Origin: a phage
Sequence record: PZ049338.1
Strand: one strand, 5' to 3'
DNA length: 64,000 nt
Within the stretch, counting starts at the first letter, position 1. Each line of letters opens with the position of its first letter. The position numbers and the translations under genes were made by a program. The notes beneath the pieces are model-generated. The model was not told the origin of the DNA, did not search any database, and saw nothing but the letters and a program-made list of their open reading frames with translations. Below, piece by piece: positions 47,913 through 57,150 of the stretch.

Positions 47913-47935
47913 CTCTTTATATATGTGGATTAACT
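47913..47935 (+). promoter_or_regulatory. 23-bp repeated element CTCTTTATATATGTGGATTAACT (copy B)
   Basis: identical to 25156-25178; 10 nt from start codon of 47367-47903. Confidence 0.45.
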
Positions 47936-47936
47936 A

Positions 47937-48476
47937 TTACAATTTCTGAGTCACTGTTTCGTAGGTGGTTACTACCTTTTTCTTCTTCTCAGTGATACCG
48001 GAAAGAAGTGCCCAATAGAAACGACCGCCATGACGTTCAGCCATCTCAGCAGCAATCTGCTCTGCCTTCTCAGCAGTTTCCACCACTACGCGAGGTGGAC
48101 GAGATGATTCAGGACACCACAAGATATACTTACCGAGGTTCTTATCTTTAGGAGAAGCCTTGGCTTCCGCTTTAGCTGTCTCTTGGGTAGCAGTAGAACT
48201 TTCACCCAAATCGTTGAGACGCCATGTATACAAGGCAGTACCTGATAGTAGGGTCAGTCGGCTACGAATGATGAAGCTGGTTGGTCGCTGATTCAACTGT
48301 ATAGAATACAATTGACGACCATGCTTGTCAATTAAGCACACTTCCCAACGACCCGGATATAACAAGTAGATTCCAATAGTGTACATGAACCTATTACCAA
48401 TACGAGCCTCTGCACGGTCATGGTCATGGAAGTTGAAGTTAACAGAAGAGGGGATGTGGATTAACTTCTTAGACAT
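47937..48476 (-). CDS. hypothetical protein (179 aa)
   Basis: ORF track. Confidence 0.5.
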   Translation of the reverse strand: MSKKLIHIPSSVNFNFHDHDRAEARIGNRFMYTIGIYLLYPGRWEVCLIDKHGRQLYSIQLNQRPTSFIIRSRLTLLSGTALYTWRLNDLGESSTATQETAKAEAKASPKDKNLGKYILWCPESSRPPRVVVETAEKAEQIAAEMAERHGGRFYWALLSGITEKKKKVVTTYETVTQKL

Positions 48477-48682
48477 TATTTACCAACCTTAGTTACGCTT
48501 TCAACAAGAGCATAAGGGAATGCGGCTTGCAATTCCATGTGACCTGCCTTACCACCAATAGTCTTGTTCTCAATGAAGATGTAGAACTTGTAGTGGTGAG
48601 GGTCAATCTGAACCATTGTTGCAGGAATGATTTTATCCGCAGAGTCAAGAAGTTTTACACGATATTTAATAATCTCAGCCAT
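48476..48682 (-). CDS. small hypothetical protein (68 aa)
   Basis: ORF track. Confidence 0.45.
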   Translation of the reverse strand: MAEIIKYRVKLLDSADKIIPATMVQIDPHHYKFYIFIENKTIGGKAGHMELQAAFPYALVESVTKVGK

Positions 48683-48686
48683 TTCT

Positions 48687-48956
48687 TTAATCCCAGTTAG
48701 GTTGGAGGTCTTTCATTGCGAAGTCACGTACTTCACCACGTTCACGGCAAACAGCTTTTACGAACCACTGTTCACCTTCATGGTACTCAGAGATACCATA
48801 CCAAATATTGATTGGTACAATAGTGCGCTCTGCTGTTTCACCGCGCCAGTTAGTGTAGGTCACACGGTGTGGTACTTGTAGAACTAATAACTTTGGTCGT
48901 GCTGTTTCAGAAGGGACTTTCGTCGTCATAATCTTCACCGTAGACAATAGAATCAA
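48687..48956 (-). CDS. hypothetical protein (89 aa)
   Basis: ORF track. Confidence 0.45.
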   Translation of the reverse strand: MILLSTVKIMTTKVPSETARPKLLVLQVPHRVTYTNWRGETAERTIVPINIWYGISEYHEGEQWFVKAVCRERGEVRDFAMKDLQPNWD

Positions 48957-49182
48957 TGAACGCTTGATGTTTTGCCAACTTCTTTTTCATGAGTTTGTTG
49001 TGGACTTGAAGAATATTAGAGACCTCTTTGGTGACAGTCACATGAGGTACAGCAACACCTTCAGCGAATTTTAGTCGCTTAAAGGGAGCGACAAGGTAAA
49101 TGAACTTAGCAACTTCAGTGTTGTTTCGTAAATTTACCTCTTCCCCATTAGTTAACTTATAATACACCCAGAGATTCCACAA
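48907..49182 (-). CDS. hypothetical protein (91 aa)
   Basis: ORF track; overlaps both neighbours. Confidence 0.4.
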   Translation of the reverse strand: MWNLWVYYKLTNGEEVNLRNNTEVAKFIYLVAPFKRLKFAEGVAVPHVTVTKEVSNILQVHNKLMKKKLAKHQAFIDSIVYGEDYDDESPF

Positions 49183-50344
49183 TAATTACATCGTTAGTTG
49201 TAACCATGATTTCCCAGCCAGCCAGTTCGAACATACCACCGGTGAATACACCTACGTTACGAACATCATCGTTACGCATCTGAACGATGTAGATGCCGTT
49301 TTCAACCAAGCGAATTGGTTCCTGACGCGTCACAGTAGCTGTTACCTCTGCTTCGATAGCGAAGTTTTCATCTTCAGCAGCTTCTACTGCATTGTCTGTG
49401 GCAGTCTGGTTCTGAGTTACAATGTCAACCAGTTCCTGAGCGGCAGCGTTACCACGAACGATTGCTGCTTGCAATTCACTGTTGGTGTTCACTTCATTTT
49501 GCAATTCAGCCAGAGCTTCATTAATATCTTCGACAGCATAAACTTCCTGACCATTGAAGATTGCCATTACGTTGGCTGCAAAACGTTCTGCGTTAGAACC
49601 GGTCATACCCGGAGCAGTGTTAACTTCCAGTACCCACGCTTCATCACGACGAGTAATGAGGTCAACTGCACCGTAGTCCAGACCCAGAGCAGCGATTGCT
49701 TTCAGGGCTTCACGCTTAGCTTCTTCATTAGGCTCAGCCTGCTGAGTTGCATAAATCCAACCAGTGTGGTGATTTCGGATAATATCACTGTATTCTGGCA
49801 GGTCAGCGTAACCGTTCACACGCTTCTTCTGCTGAATGTTAGTGATAACACCATTCATCACATGGATGCGGTATTCACGACGCTGAGCATTAACACCCTT
49901 GGTGTAAAGCTGTGCATTAGCCAGAGTACCTTGAACACCATCACCGAAAAGCTCTTCGTTGTTGGTTGCAATCACAATGCCTTCACCAGAGTGTCCAGAA
50001 AGGCGTGTACGGCAATAAACCAGATGACCTGCATCAAGCCATGACTGAGCTTCTTCACGGTCTGTAGTGTACTCTACAGTCTTCACATCATTGCGACGGA
50101 ATACTTCGAAAGAGATACGTTTGTTGGTCGCATTACCAACGTTGTACGGGTTGTTCAGGATGCGGGCATTGCCGATGATTTCGGCAGATAGGGAGGATGA
50201 ACCGTAGTTGACAATTAAGTCACCACTGCGACCACGGAAGCGAGAGCCATCAGTCAGGAGACGAAGTGCTCCCGGCATTAAAGGCATGAGTTCGTTCAGG
50301 GTGTCAGAAGGGCCATTTGAATATACACGTAAGCGAGGTGCCAT
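49157..50344 (-). CDS. ATP-grasp ligase
   Basis: C-terminal ATP-grasp signature WVLEVNTAPGMTGS. Confidence 0.7.
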   Translation of the reverse strand: MAPRLRVYSNGPSDTLNELMPLMPGALRLLTDGSRFRGRSGDLIVNYGSSSLSAEIIGNARILNNPYNVGNATNKRISFEVFRRNDVKTVEYTTDREEAQSWLDAGHLVYCRTRLSGHSGEGIVIATNNEELFGDGVQGTLANAQLYTKGVNAQRREYRIHVMNGVITNIQQKKRVNGYADLPEYSDIIRNHHTGWIYATQQAEPNEEAKREALKAIAALGLDYGAVDLITRRDEAWVLEVNTAPGMTGSNAERFAANVMAIFNGQEVYAVEDINEALAELQNEVNTNSELQAAIVRGNAAAQELVDIVTQNQTATDNAVEAAEDENFAIEAEVTATVTRQEPIRLVENGIYIVQMRNDDVRNVGVFTGGMFELAGWEIMVTTNDVIIVESLGVL

Positions 50345-50389
50345 TGTTGTTACCTTTTCAGTGGGTTGTTGGAAATCAATATTATAAGA

Positions 50390-50409
50390 GGCTCCGAAGA
50401 ACCTCTGAA
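50390..50409 (-). other. conserved intergenic hairpin (RNA AGAGGUUC uucg GAGCCUCU)
   Basis: UNCG tetraloop hairpin; family member. Confidence 0.5.
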
Positions 50410-50417
50410 ATATGGAC

Positions 50418-50657
50418 TTAAGCGGCCATCAATGCGATGAGTTTGCGGTTTTCATTCCTGAGAGCACCAATCTCATCATCAATAAGACTGTAGTGGTACG
50501 ATAACATTTGGAGGGACATTTCACCTACATCTGAGGCAGTCATCTGCTCGACGTAAGTTGCCTTCTCCTCAATCAGCCGTCCAATGTCTTTGTTGTTTTG
50601 TGCTATTAAATCCATCGCCTCTTTACGAGCAGCTCTTGCGACTTCATTATCAGCCAT
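50418..50657 (-). CDS. hypothetical protein (79 aa)
   Basis: ORF track. Confidence 0.45.
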   Translation of the reverse strand: MADNEVARAARKEAMDLIAQNNKDIGRLIEEKATYVEQMTASDVGEMSLQMLSYHYSLIDDEIGALRNENRKLIALMAA

Positions 50658-50881
50658 TAGACTTCAATCCCCTTCAGACGGCAGTAGTCAGCCAGCATCA
50701 TGTGGATTGATACCGGATAAGGGATAGCCACTTTAACACCTTTTTGCTCTTCGTAAAGACCAATCTGGTAGGCACGAACTGCACGGAGCATATCAGAACC
50801 TAAATCAGTCATTGGAACTTTACGAATCACAACCGGGTTCTCCAGACGAAGAACCTTAACTTCTTTCATTGAATCATCCAT
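50657..50881 (-). CDS. hypothetical protein (74 aa)
   Basis: ORF track. Confidence 0.45.
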   Translation of the reverse strand: MDDSMKEVKVLRLENPVVIRKVPMTDLGSDMLRAVRAYQIGLYEEQKGVKVAIPYPVSIHMMLADYCRLKGIEV

Positions 50882-50896
50882 ATTCTCATTTACCTA

Positions 50897-52888
50897 TCAT
50901 TTCTTGTTTGAAACTTTACCCGGAACCTTTCCAGTTTCCAGAACTTTTGAACAGCGTTCACAGCAAGGTGTACTGCCGATAAACTCTGTAACCGCTGCTT
51001 TGTTGAAAGGAATCTTGTAGTTGCAGAAAGAGCAAGTGTTCATCTCTTCCCACTGAACCAGAGTCACTTTCATACCGTTTTGCAGAGACTTGCGATAAGT
51101 CAGGATTGGTCGGACATTACTGCCGCTATTCTTCCGCGCTTCCACAATCTCATTCTGGAGAGCTTTCAGTTCACTCTTCAGATGCTTGTTACTGTGGCAC
51201 TGTAAGCAGAGGCTCTCAACCTCTGATTCAGCATCAACAGGTAACTCTTCTTGACAGTTGATACATTCAAAACGAAGCGAGTCGTCAGAGGACGTCTTTA
51301 CACCATCAACTAACCCCGCATCTACACAACCACCACAATAGGCGTAATCATGATAGATTGTTGAGTCTGCCACGAAATCGAACGGTATTGGAGAGCCACA
51401 GTTTCCGCAGCAATTGTAAGACCCGTTTCCCTCCCATTCCTTTTTTGTGACTACAGTTCCGTCACGAGTTGTGTCCATTGTGTAACCATCATCTTCCTCT
51501 TCTTCGAGTTCAGAGAAGTCACCAATTGAAACACCGGGAGTGGTAAGAGTTAGAGCCGGCGGGGTACGATTGTTCTTGACAGTGTTGAACTCTGTCAGAA
51601 TATCATTGATATCTTCATCTAACGAACCTTCATCATCCAAATCCAATGTTGAAGGAATTAGGGTCTCACCTTGTGGTGAAACATCAGATACGATGATAGT
51701 CAGGATGTAGTTTGATTCGTAACAAGAGATAATCTTGCCTTCGAACATACCACCATCGGTGTACATTTCCAGAGGAACGCCATGACCCTGAACCTCAATG
51801 TAAGCGCCTTCACCTATCCAACCGGTAAGTTGACCTTTCTGAGGATTCTTAGGATACGGTTCGTACTGATACGCTTCGAACACCATACGTTCATGCATCT
51901 TGTATGGAACCTGATGCACTTCCAGAAGTTCGTTAAGCTGCTTGTACTTGTTGCTCACTGAATCAGGGACACCAATGTGAGAAGGCTCAACGTTGCTTCG
52001 ATTAACGCTGCTGCGAGAAGGATTGTTATAAACACGCGACGAGCCGTAGGTGTCATAACGGTCTGAAAAGTAGTCATCATACGACTGGTAGGAATTGCCC
52101 CAGTAGCGCGATTGGTATACCGTTTGAAACACAGGCAGCTCGTGCTTGATTTCCTCCTTAAATACCAGACCATCAGTTGCATCAAATACATACTGAGTTC
52201 CGACTTCGAGTTCAAACTCTTTGTCGAAAGTTGGGTTCCACTTCTTACGGGACATAATCCACTTGAGCATGTCCTTCTCAGAAGCACCATACCAGTCACC
52301 ACCAGTGGTCTTCATCATGTAGAATGGACGCTCGTCGTTACGCAGGAAGTTCAGCGTATTCAGCTTAGCGTCATGCCACACCAGAACGAATGCACCATGC
52401 AATTTCTTGATGGTTTCTTCGATACCGATAGTTGCGATTGAATGGCAAACGTTCTCACTGTCCACTTCAAACTGCTCATGGTCAGGGAGTAGGCTTTGGT
52501 TTACTAATGAGCCGTTGTGAACCAGAGTGATATGTCCACATTGGAATGGGTGGGCGTTCTTGTCAACCACAGCTCCAGCAGTTGCATAGCGGTTGTGACC
52601 AACAATGAATCGAGGGTACGACACTGATGTTGTTTTAACACCGAGGTTGTTAACATTCTCAGAACGATGCTGAGCAATATCTTTCCACAGAGTTGAACGA
52701 AGGAAAATGTCACTTGGTACAGCTTTCTTAGCCGTCTTCAAGAAGGCATCCTGCTGATACGGCTTGTAATAAGCCATCACCCCAGTTGAATGGTCGCCTC
52801 GGAACACATCGGCATACAACATCTGCTCGAAACGCTCGAGGTTAGTTGAAGATAAGGCGGTTCCACCTACAAATACAATTCCACACAT
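50897..52888 (-). CDS. class II glutamine amidotransferase (Ntn, Cys2 nucleophile) with long Cys-rich Zn-ribbon C-terminal extension
   Basis: N-terminus MCGIVF as in PurF/GlmS-type amidotransferases; C-terminal clusters CCGNCGS, CINCQ...CLQCH, CSFCN...CCERC. Confidence 0.7.
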   Translation of the reverse strand: MCGIVFVGGTALSSTNLERFEQMLYADVFRGDHSTGVMAYYKPYQQDAFLKTAKKAVPSDIFLRSTLWKDIAQHRSENVNNLGVKTTSVSYPRFIVGHNRYATAGAVVDKNAHPFQCGHITLVHNGSLVNQSLLPDHEQFEVDSENVCHSIATIGIEETIKKLHGAFVLVWHDAKLNTLNFLRNDERPFYMMKTTGGDWYGASEKDMLKWIMSRKKWNPTFDKEFELEVGTQYVFDATDGLVFKEEIKHELPVFQTVYQSRYWGNSYQSYDDYFSDRYDTYGSSRVYNNPSRSSVNRSNVEPSHIGVPDSVSNKYKQLNELLEVHQVPYKMHERMVFEAYQYEPYPKNPQKGQLTGWIGEGAYIEVQGHGVPLEMYTDGGMFEGKIISCYESNYILTIIVSDVSPQGETLIPSTLDLDDEGSLDEDINDILTEFNTVKNNRTPPALTLTTPGVSIGDFSELEEEEDDGYTMDTTRDGTVVTKKEWEGNGSYNCCGNCGSPIPFDFVADSTIYHDYAYCGGCVDAGLVDGVKTSSDDSLRFECINCQEELPVDAESEVESLCLQCHSNKHLKSELKALQNEIVEARKNSGSNVRPILTYRKSLQNGMKVTLVQWEEMNTCSFCNYKIPFNKAAVTEFIGSTPCCERCSKVLETGKVPGKVSNKK

Positions 52889-52944
52889 GGATAATAATCC
52901 TCTAAGTTCATTTAAATGGGGCCGAAGCCCCTGTTTGTTAATAC

Positions 52945-54612
52945 TTAAGCGATATGGTCGTTATCTGGCTCATAATCATCGTCTTCTTCAATATCGTCAT
53001 CTTCAGATGATTCATACATATCGTAATCACCACCACGACGAGGTACAGGGACTTCATTACGAGCTTCACGGTTCTCTTCATTACGCATGTCTACGAACTG
53101 ACGGTAGAAGTTTCCGAACAGACGAGAACGTTGAGCCTGATTGGTTTCGTAGATGAACCAATCAATGTCAAAAGTGATGCCAAGCATATCGCACTTCCAA
53201 CGCAACTCAGCTAACCAACGGAATGTCAGCATTGGAGGGCGGGTGTTCTCCAACAACCAAGTGCCATTACTGCGGGTTTCCAGATTGATTCGCAGGTGTT
53301 CCCAATAGCGAGGTTCCAGATAGAAATTTGTACGATGACTTGAATCATCCTCGGCAGATTTCACAGTGTGAACGTAAGCACTGAGTTTGCGTAGGGTTGA
53401 CATTGAAATCACTTCATATGCCAGTTTGTAGCCAATGTCCAAATCTTCTTCGAAGTTCTGAACAACCTTCGGCAGACCCTTACGAATTGCGCTGTGAATC
53501 GGCAATGTTGATAGGTACTCAATGAAGTCACTATCAGTACCTTCGAAGTTCACCGCCAGTTCCTTCAGTGATAAGAAGCGGTTAGTCAGGCGAATAATGC
53601 TGCCCTTACGCCACTTGGCCTCACTAATACGGAATTCAACTGAACCAAAACTACTCATCGGTAACAAGTTCAGTGAAGTGTACTTATCCCATTCACGGGT
53701 TACACGATTAGTGAAATCGTGGTTGTCCAGATGCCAGTTGTTAGCCAGAGTAGCTAACTGCTCCTGTGCAAAACCAAGAGCAACACAGAAGTTGTTCTTG
53801 TAACGATGCCAACCAGAGCAGCGGAACAGTACACGCTCATAAACAATATACGCAAGAATCATGCGCTTCAGTTGAGCGACACTCAAATCACGTACATCAA
53901 TGTGAACGTGGGTGGAGCAACGCCAAGATGTATCTGGCGTATGACGGAACAGGAAGGAGTCGATTTCCAGGGATGCTGCATAGAGGTCACGACCACCCCA
54001 AGGGGATGAACATACAAACTCCATACCTGAGTTACGAAGTGAACCATCTAGCTTTGCTTCCCAATACTGGAAAGTTGGCTCATCACTGAGGTGAATCTCT
54101 TCGAGTTCAATCTCAATACCTGCCAGATGTGTTCCAACAATTAAAGGATGACCCTGAATAGTTGGGTAGGTTGCACGTTGCCCGTAAATCTGTGCAATAT
54201 TCATGTTATTCGATACCTCTACGTTTCCGGAGATGAAGCCGTTGCGGCTTGGATTATTAACGCTTCCGTGTCTCTGGTTACCAATCTCTTCCCGTAGATT
54301 GTCTCGTGTGTATGCGTGTTGACCTCTTTGAAGTCCAGTGAAGAGGCTAGGTCTCTGGCTTTCGCGCTCCATTCTCCGCTGTCTTGCTTGTTCATCAGCA
54401 CGGTTATTCAACCACGTCATGAAGGCACTATCTTCTGACTGAGCTACCCCCTGATTCACTATTGGCACAGGTGGCTCTTCGAAAGCTTGAGATACAACAC
54501 TTTCTGTTACATTCGGAGGTTGATAATTAGCCCATCTGTCCATGTGTACAGTGGCTTCAACGTCGAAGAAACCCCCAGTTAATCCTGGGGAGTTGTTACT
54601 GTTATTTGGCAC
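52945..54612 (-). CDS. glutamine-synthetase-fold carboxylate-amine ligase (GCS2/YbdK-like amidoligase), 555 aa
   Basis: GIEIELEE, THVHIDV, FGSVEFRIS match recalled YbdK motifs GIELEM, HVHVG, FGTVEVRVMD. Confidence 0.55.
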   Translation of the reverse strand: MPNNSNNSPGLTGGFFDVEATVHMDRWANYQPPNVTESVVSQAFEEPPVPIVNQGVAQSEDSAFMTWLNNRADEQARQRRMERESQRPSLFTGLQRGQHAYTRDNLREEIGNQRHGSVNNPSRNGFISGNVEVSNNMNIAQIYGQRATYPTIQGHPLIVGTHLAGIEIELEEIHLSDEPTFQYWEAKLDGSLRNSGMEFVCSSPWGGRDLYAASLEIDSFLFRHTPDTSWRCSTHVHIDVRDLSVAQLKRMILAYIVYERVLFRCSGWHRYKNNFCVALGFAQEQLATLANNWHLDNHDFTNRVTREWDKYTSLNLLPMSSFGSVEFRISEAKWRKGSIIRLTNRFLSLKELAVNFEGTDSDFIEYLSTLPIHSAIRKGLPKVVQNFEEDLDIGYKLAYEVISMSTLRKLSAYVHTVKSAEDDSSHRTNFYLEPRYWEHLRINLETRSNGTWLLENTRPPMLTFRWLAELRWKCDMLGITFDIDWFIYETNQAQRSRLFGNFYRQFVDMRNEENREARNEVPVPRRGGDYDMYESSEDDDIEEDDDYEPDNDHIA

Positions 54613-55196
54613 TGTGGTAATTCCTTGGCTAAAAAGCGAACCAAGTGACGTGCTTCAGCAGCCACTTCGATAGCATCGTCAGAGAGGAACTTACCGATGC
54701 TCACATCCTTGTAGCGTAAGTCTGAATTGACACGCAGGAATACCCCTCCAATAACTTCAGGATACTCATTTTTGTTGAAGAACGCTTTGATGTTCTCCCA
54801 ACTAAAGCGGAAGTTGTTACAGATACGGCTGTGGGTTAACCCCTTCTTAGTTGAGCGATTTGCACGATAACTGACCCATACGAAGTTGTTTCCAATCTTC
54901 ACGAATGCAGGCTCAGGTAATTCTAGAACCAGATTCGGGTCAGTATGAGAGATGGATACGTTACGGTAATTACCATCGTCACCCATCGTCGTTCCGTGGA
55001 ATACCAGAGCATCTTCAGCTTCCTGAGAATACGCTGCACGGTCACGCTGTGCTCGCGTCATTTCACTGAAATCCAGAACAGTATTGTCATGGGTCACTGC
55101 GTCAATCTGGAAGGGCTGGACTTTACCAGCCTCATCCTTCAGACCAACGTAAGTCCCAGAGTAATACATTGAGAAATCGTCGGTAAGCATTAGCAA
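54579..55196 (-). CDS. hypothetical protein (205 aa) within amidoligase cluster
   Basis: ORF track; overlaps both neighbours. Confidence 0.5.
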   Translation of the reverse strand: MLMLTDDFSMYYSGTYVGLKDEAGKVQPFQIDAVTHDNTVLDFSEMTRAQRDRAAYSQEAEDALVFHGTTMGDDGNYRNVSISHTDPNLVLELPEPAFVKIGNNFVWVSYRANRSTKKGLTHSRICNNFRFSWENIKAFFNKNEYPEVIGGVFLRVNSDLRYKDVSIGKFLSDDAIEVAAEARHLVRFLAKELPQCQITVTTPQD

Positions 55197-55993
55197 ATCT
55201 CCATCACACGTACATATTCTTTAGCCAGAGCTTTGTCATTGTTGTTAATGACACGCTGTACTTCTTCCGGGTTGATGATTGATGCGATGCCACGGAAATC
55301 ACCACGCATCATAGCGAATGCTTTCTGAGCTTGTTCCCAAGCCCATTTGCGATTCTCTTTGTTCATAATCCAGAAGTTGGACATTACACGATATTCGATA
55401 CCGTATGGCTTGAAGCGGCAAGCACCAGCTTTACCATACAGTTCTTTTCGACGGTCATCACCGTCCAGCAGGAGGGCGGGCAGTCCCAGGAAGTAGTCAC
55501 ACATCACGCCGAGAACTTTCTGACTTTCGGACGTCACAGTAGTAACTGTATCGTAGCCAACGTGGATGTGACCACCTGCTGTACGAAGACCGGGGTCAGC
55601 AGCTTGAGGTTTAGGATTACGCATACCAGTCAGTGCGTTGTAATCAGGCTCACAGCCGAATACGAATGCATCTTTGTGGAAGCGTTCCAGTTCAGCAGCG
55701 GTGTAGATATGAGAACTGACATTCATTGCCAGTTCATGACCTACATAACCAACTGCTTCTTCACAGTATTTGATACCATCAACAATGTTCTTGTCGAAGG
55801 ATTCAAAATCACTATGCGGGTTGGTGTCGAACTCAACCAGCACGTTATCTTCCTGAATACGAACGTCTTCCGTGACTGCTTTCTTGTTGTACTTGTCCGC
55901 TCCAAGCAGACCTGAAACAGAACTGATAGCCCCTGTGCTCGAATCACGAGTGAACAACTCAGGGTCGGTAGCCAACAAAATAACATTAGACAT
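55190..55993 (-). CDS. glutamine-synthetase-fold carboxylate-amine ligase (GCS2/YbdK-like amidoligase), 267 aa
   Basis: GGHIHVGYD and YGIEYRVMS match recalled YbdK HVHVG and VEVRVMD. Confidence 0.6.
   Translation of the reverse strand: MSNVILLATDPELFTRDSSTGAISSVSGLLGADKYNKKAVTEDVRIQEDNVLVEFDTNPHSDFESFDKNIVDGIKYCEEAVGYVGHELAMNVSSHIYTAAELERFHKDAFVFGCEPDYNALTGMRNPKPQAADPGLRTAGGHIHVGYDTVTTVTSESQKVLGVMCDYFLGLPALLLDGDDRRKELYGKAGACRFKPYGIEYRVMSNFWIMNKENRKWAWEQAQKAFAMMRGDFRGIASIINPEEVQRVINNNDKALAKEYVRVMEIC
55533..55544 (-). other. strand-specific 12-mer, exact copy 4 (intragenic)
   Basis: exact 12-mer. Confidence 0.6.
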
Positions 55994-56013
55994 TTCGTTT
56001 TCCTTAAAGAGGG

Positions 56014-57150
56014 TTAATATTTAGGGTTGTAACCGTTTGCTTCTGCGAAAGCAGCCAAAGCAGCAATTGCAGCTTCAGCATCTCTCTTGTTCATGTCACT
56101 ATGAACCGGACTGTATGGGTGGTCTTGCGAACCAGATGTTGGGCCTGCAATGTAGAAACCAACAACACTGTTCCATTCTTGCACGCCTGGGATTACTTCA
56201 TCACCAGCGATACTGAAAGCATCAACCATCTTACGGTAGCGAATTGCGTTAGAATGGTCAGTATCAATATCACCAAATGTATCACGCTCACGCGCTACAT
56301 CACGGGAATTGGTTCTCCAGTTCCAGTAAATACCCTTGTAGCGGTCATCAAACACCACTTCAAGACTTTTAAAGTGCGAGTCACGATAGTAACCACGCTG
56401 ATTCTTCCACGTATCCTGCACGTAGTCGAACTTGTCAACACGCTGATGGAGGAGGTTAATCAGGCCTTGAGAACCAATGGTGTCCGGAGAGAACCAGTTA
56501 TACTCACCAGTACGAATTGGTTGATAATACTTATCGACCTTGCCCGAGAATGCACTCTTGTTAACAGTGATGTTAAAGAAGTGCGCGATGATGGCAGAAA
56601 AACGTCGCGTGTATCCACAATGCAACGCCTCTTTATAAGCGGTGACGAATCCACCATAGTTACAGAGGTTGCGGAACAATGACATTGCCAACATAACTTC
56701 GTCAGCTTTGCGCTTGCCAATGTGGAAACGAATTACGCCAAGCTTTGGATGAACCTTCACCCAAGACTTATACATTGGCAACTCTTCCAGCAATAACTTC
56801 ATTTCACTGAAATAGTTTGGGCCACAAGTTTTAAGCATGTACTTGACGCGTGATTGTTGATTTTCGATTTGGTAGAATTCCTCAGGATATTCACCATCGC
56901 CATGAGTATCCATTGGGGCAGACCACATGTGACTAATGCCATACTCAACTTCAAAATCGATGTGCTTCTGTTGGTGACCATCACGCTCACGGATATTACT
57001 GGCTTCTACCGGAGTGAAATGTTGTGTCGGGCTGTCAGGGTTAATTAGGCGCTGCTCATGCCAACGATTAACACCCATTTTACCGAAACAAATACCTTGG
57101 GCACGGAAGGATTTTCCGTCCTTAAACATTACGCGATATTGAACTGACAT
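56014..57150 (-). CDS. hypothetical protein (378 aa) within amidoligase cluster
   Basis: ORF track. Confidence 0.5.
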   Translation of the reverse strand: MSVQYRVMFKDGKSFRAQGICFGKMGVNRWHEQRLINPDSPTQHFTPVEASNIRERDGHQQKHIDFEVEYGISHMWSAPMDTHGDGEYPEEFYQIENQQSRVKYMLKTCGPNYFSEMKLLLEELPMYKSWVKVHPKLGVIRFHIGKRKADEVMLAMSLFRNLCNYGGFVTAYKEALHCGYTRRFSAIIAHFFNITVNKSAFSGKVDKYYQPIRTGEYNWFSPDTIGSQGLINLLHQRVDKFDYVQDTWKNQRGYYRDSHFKSLEVVFDDRYKGIYWNWRTNSRDVARERDTFGDIDTDHSNAIRYRKMVDAFSIAGDEVIPGVQEWNSVVGFYIAGPTSGSQDHPYSPVHSDMNKRDAEAAIAALAAFAEANGYNPKY

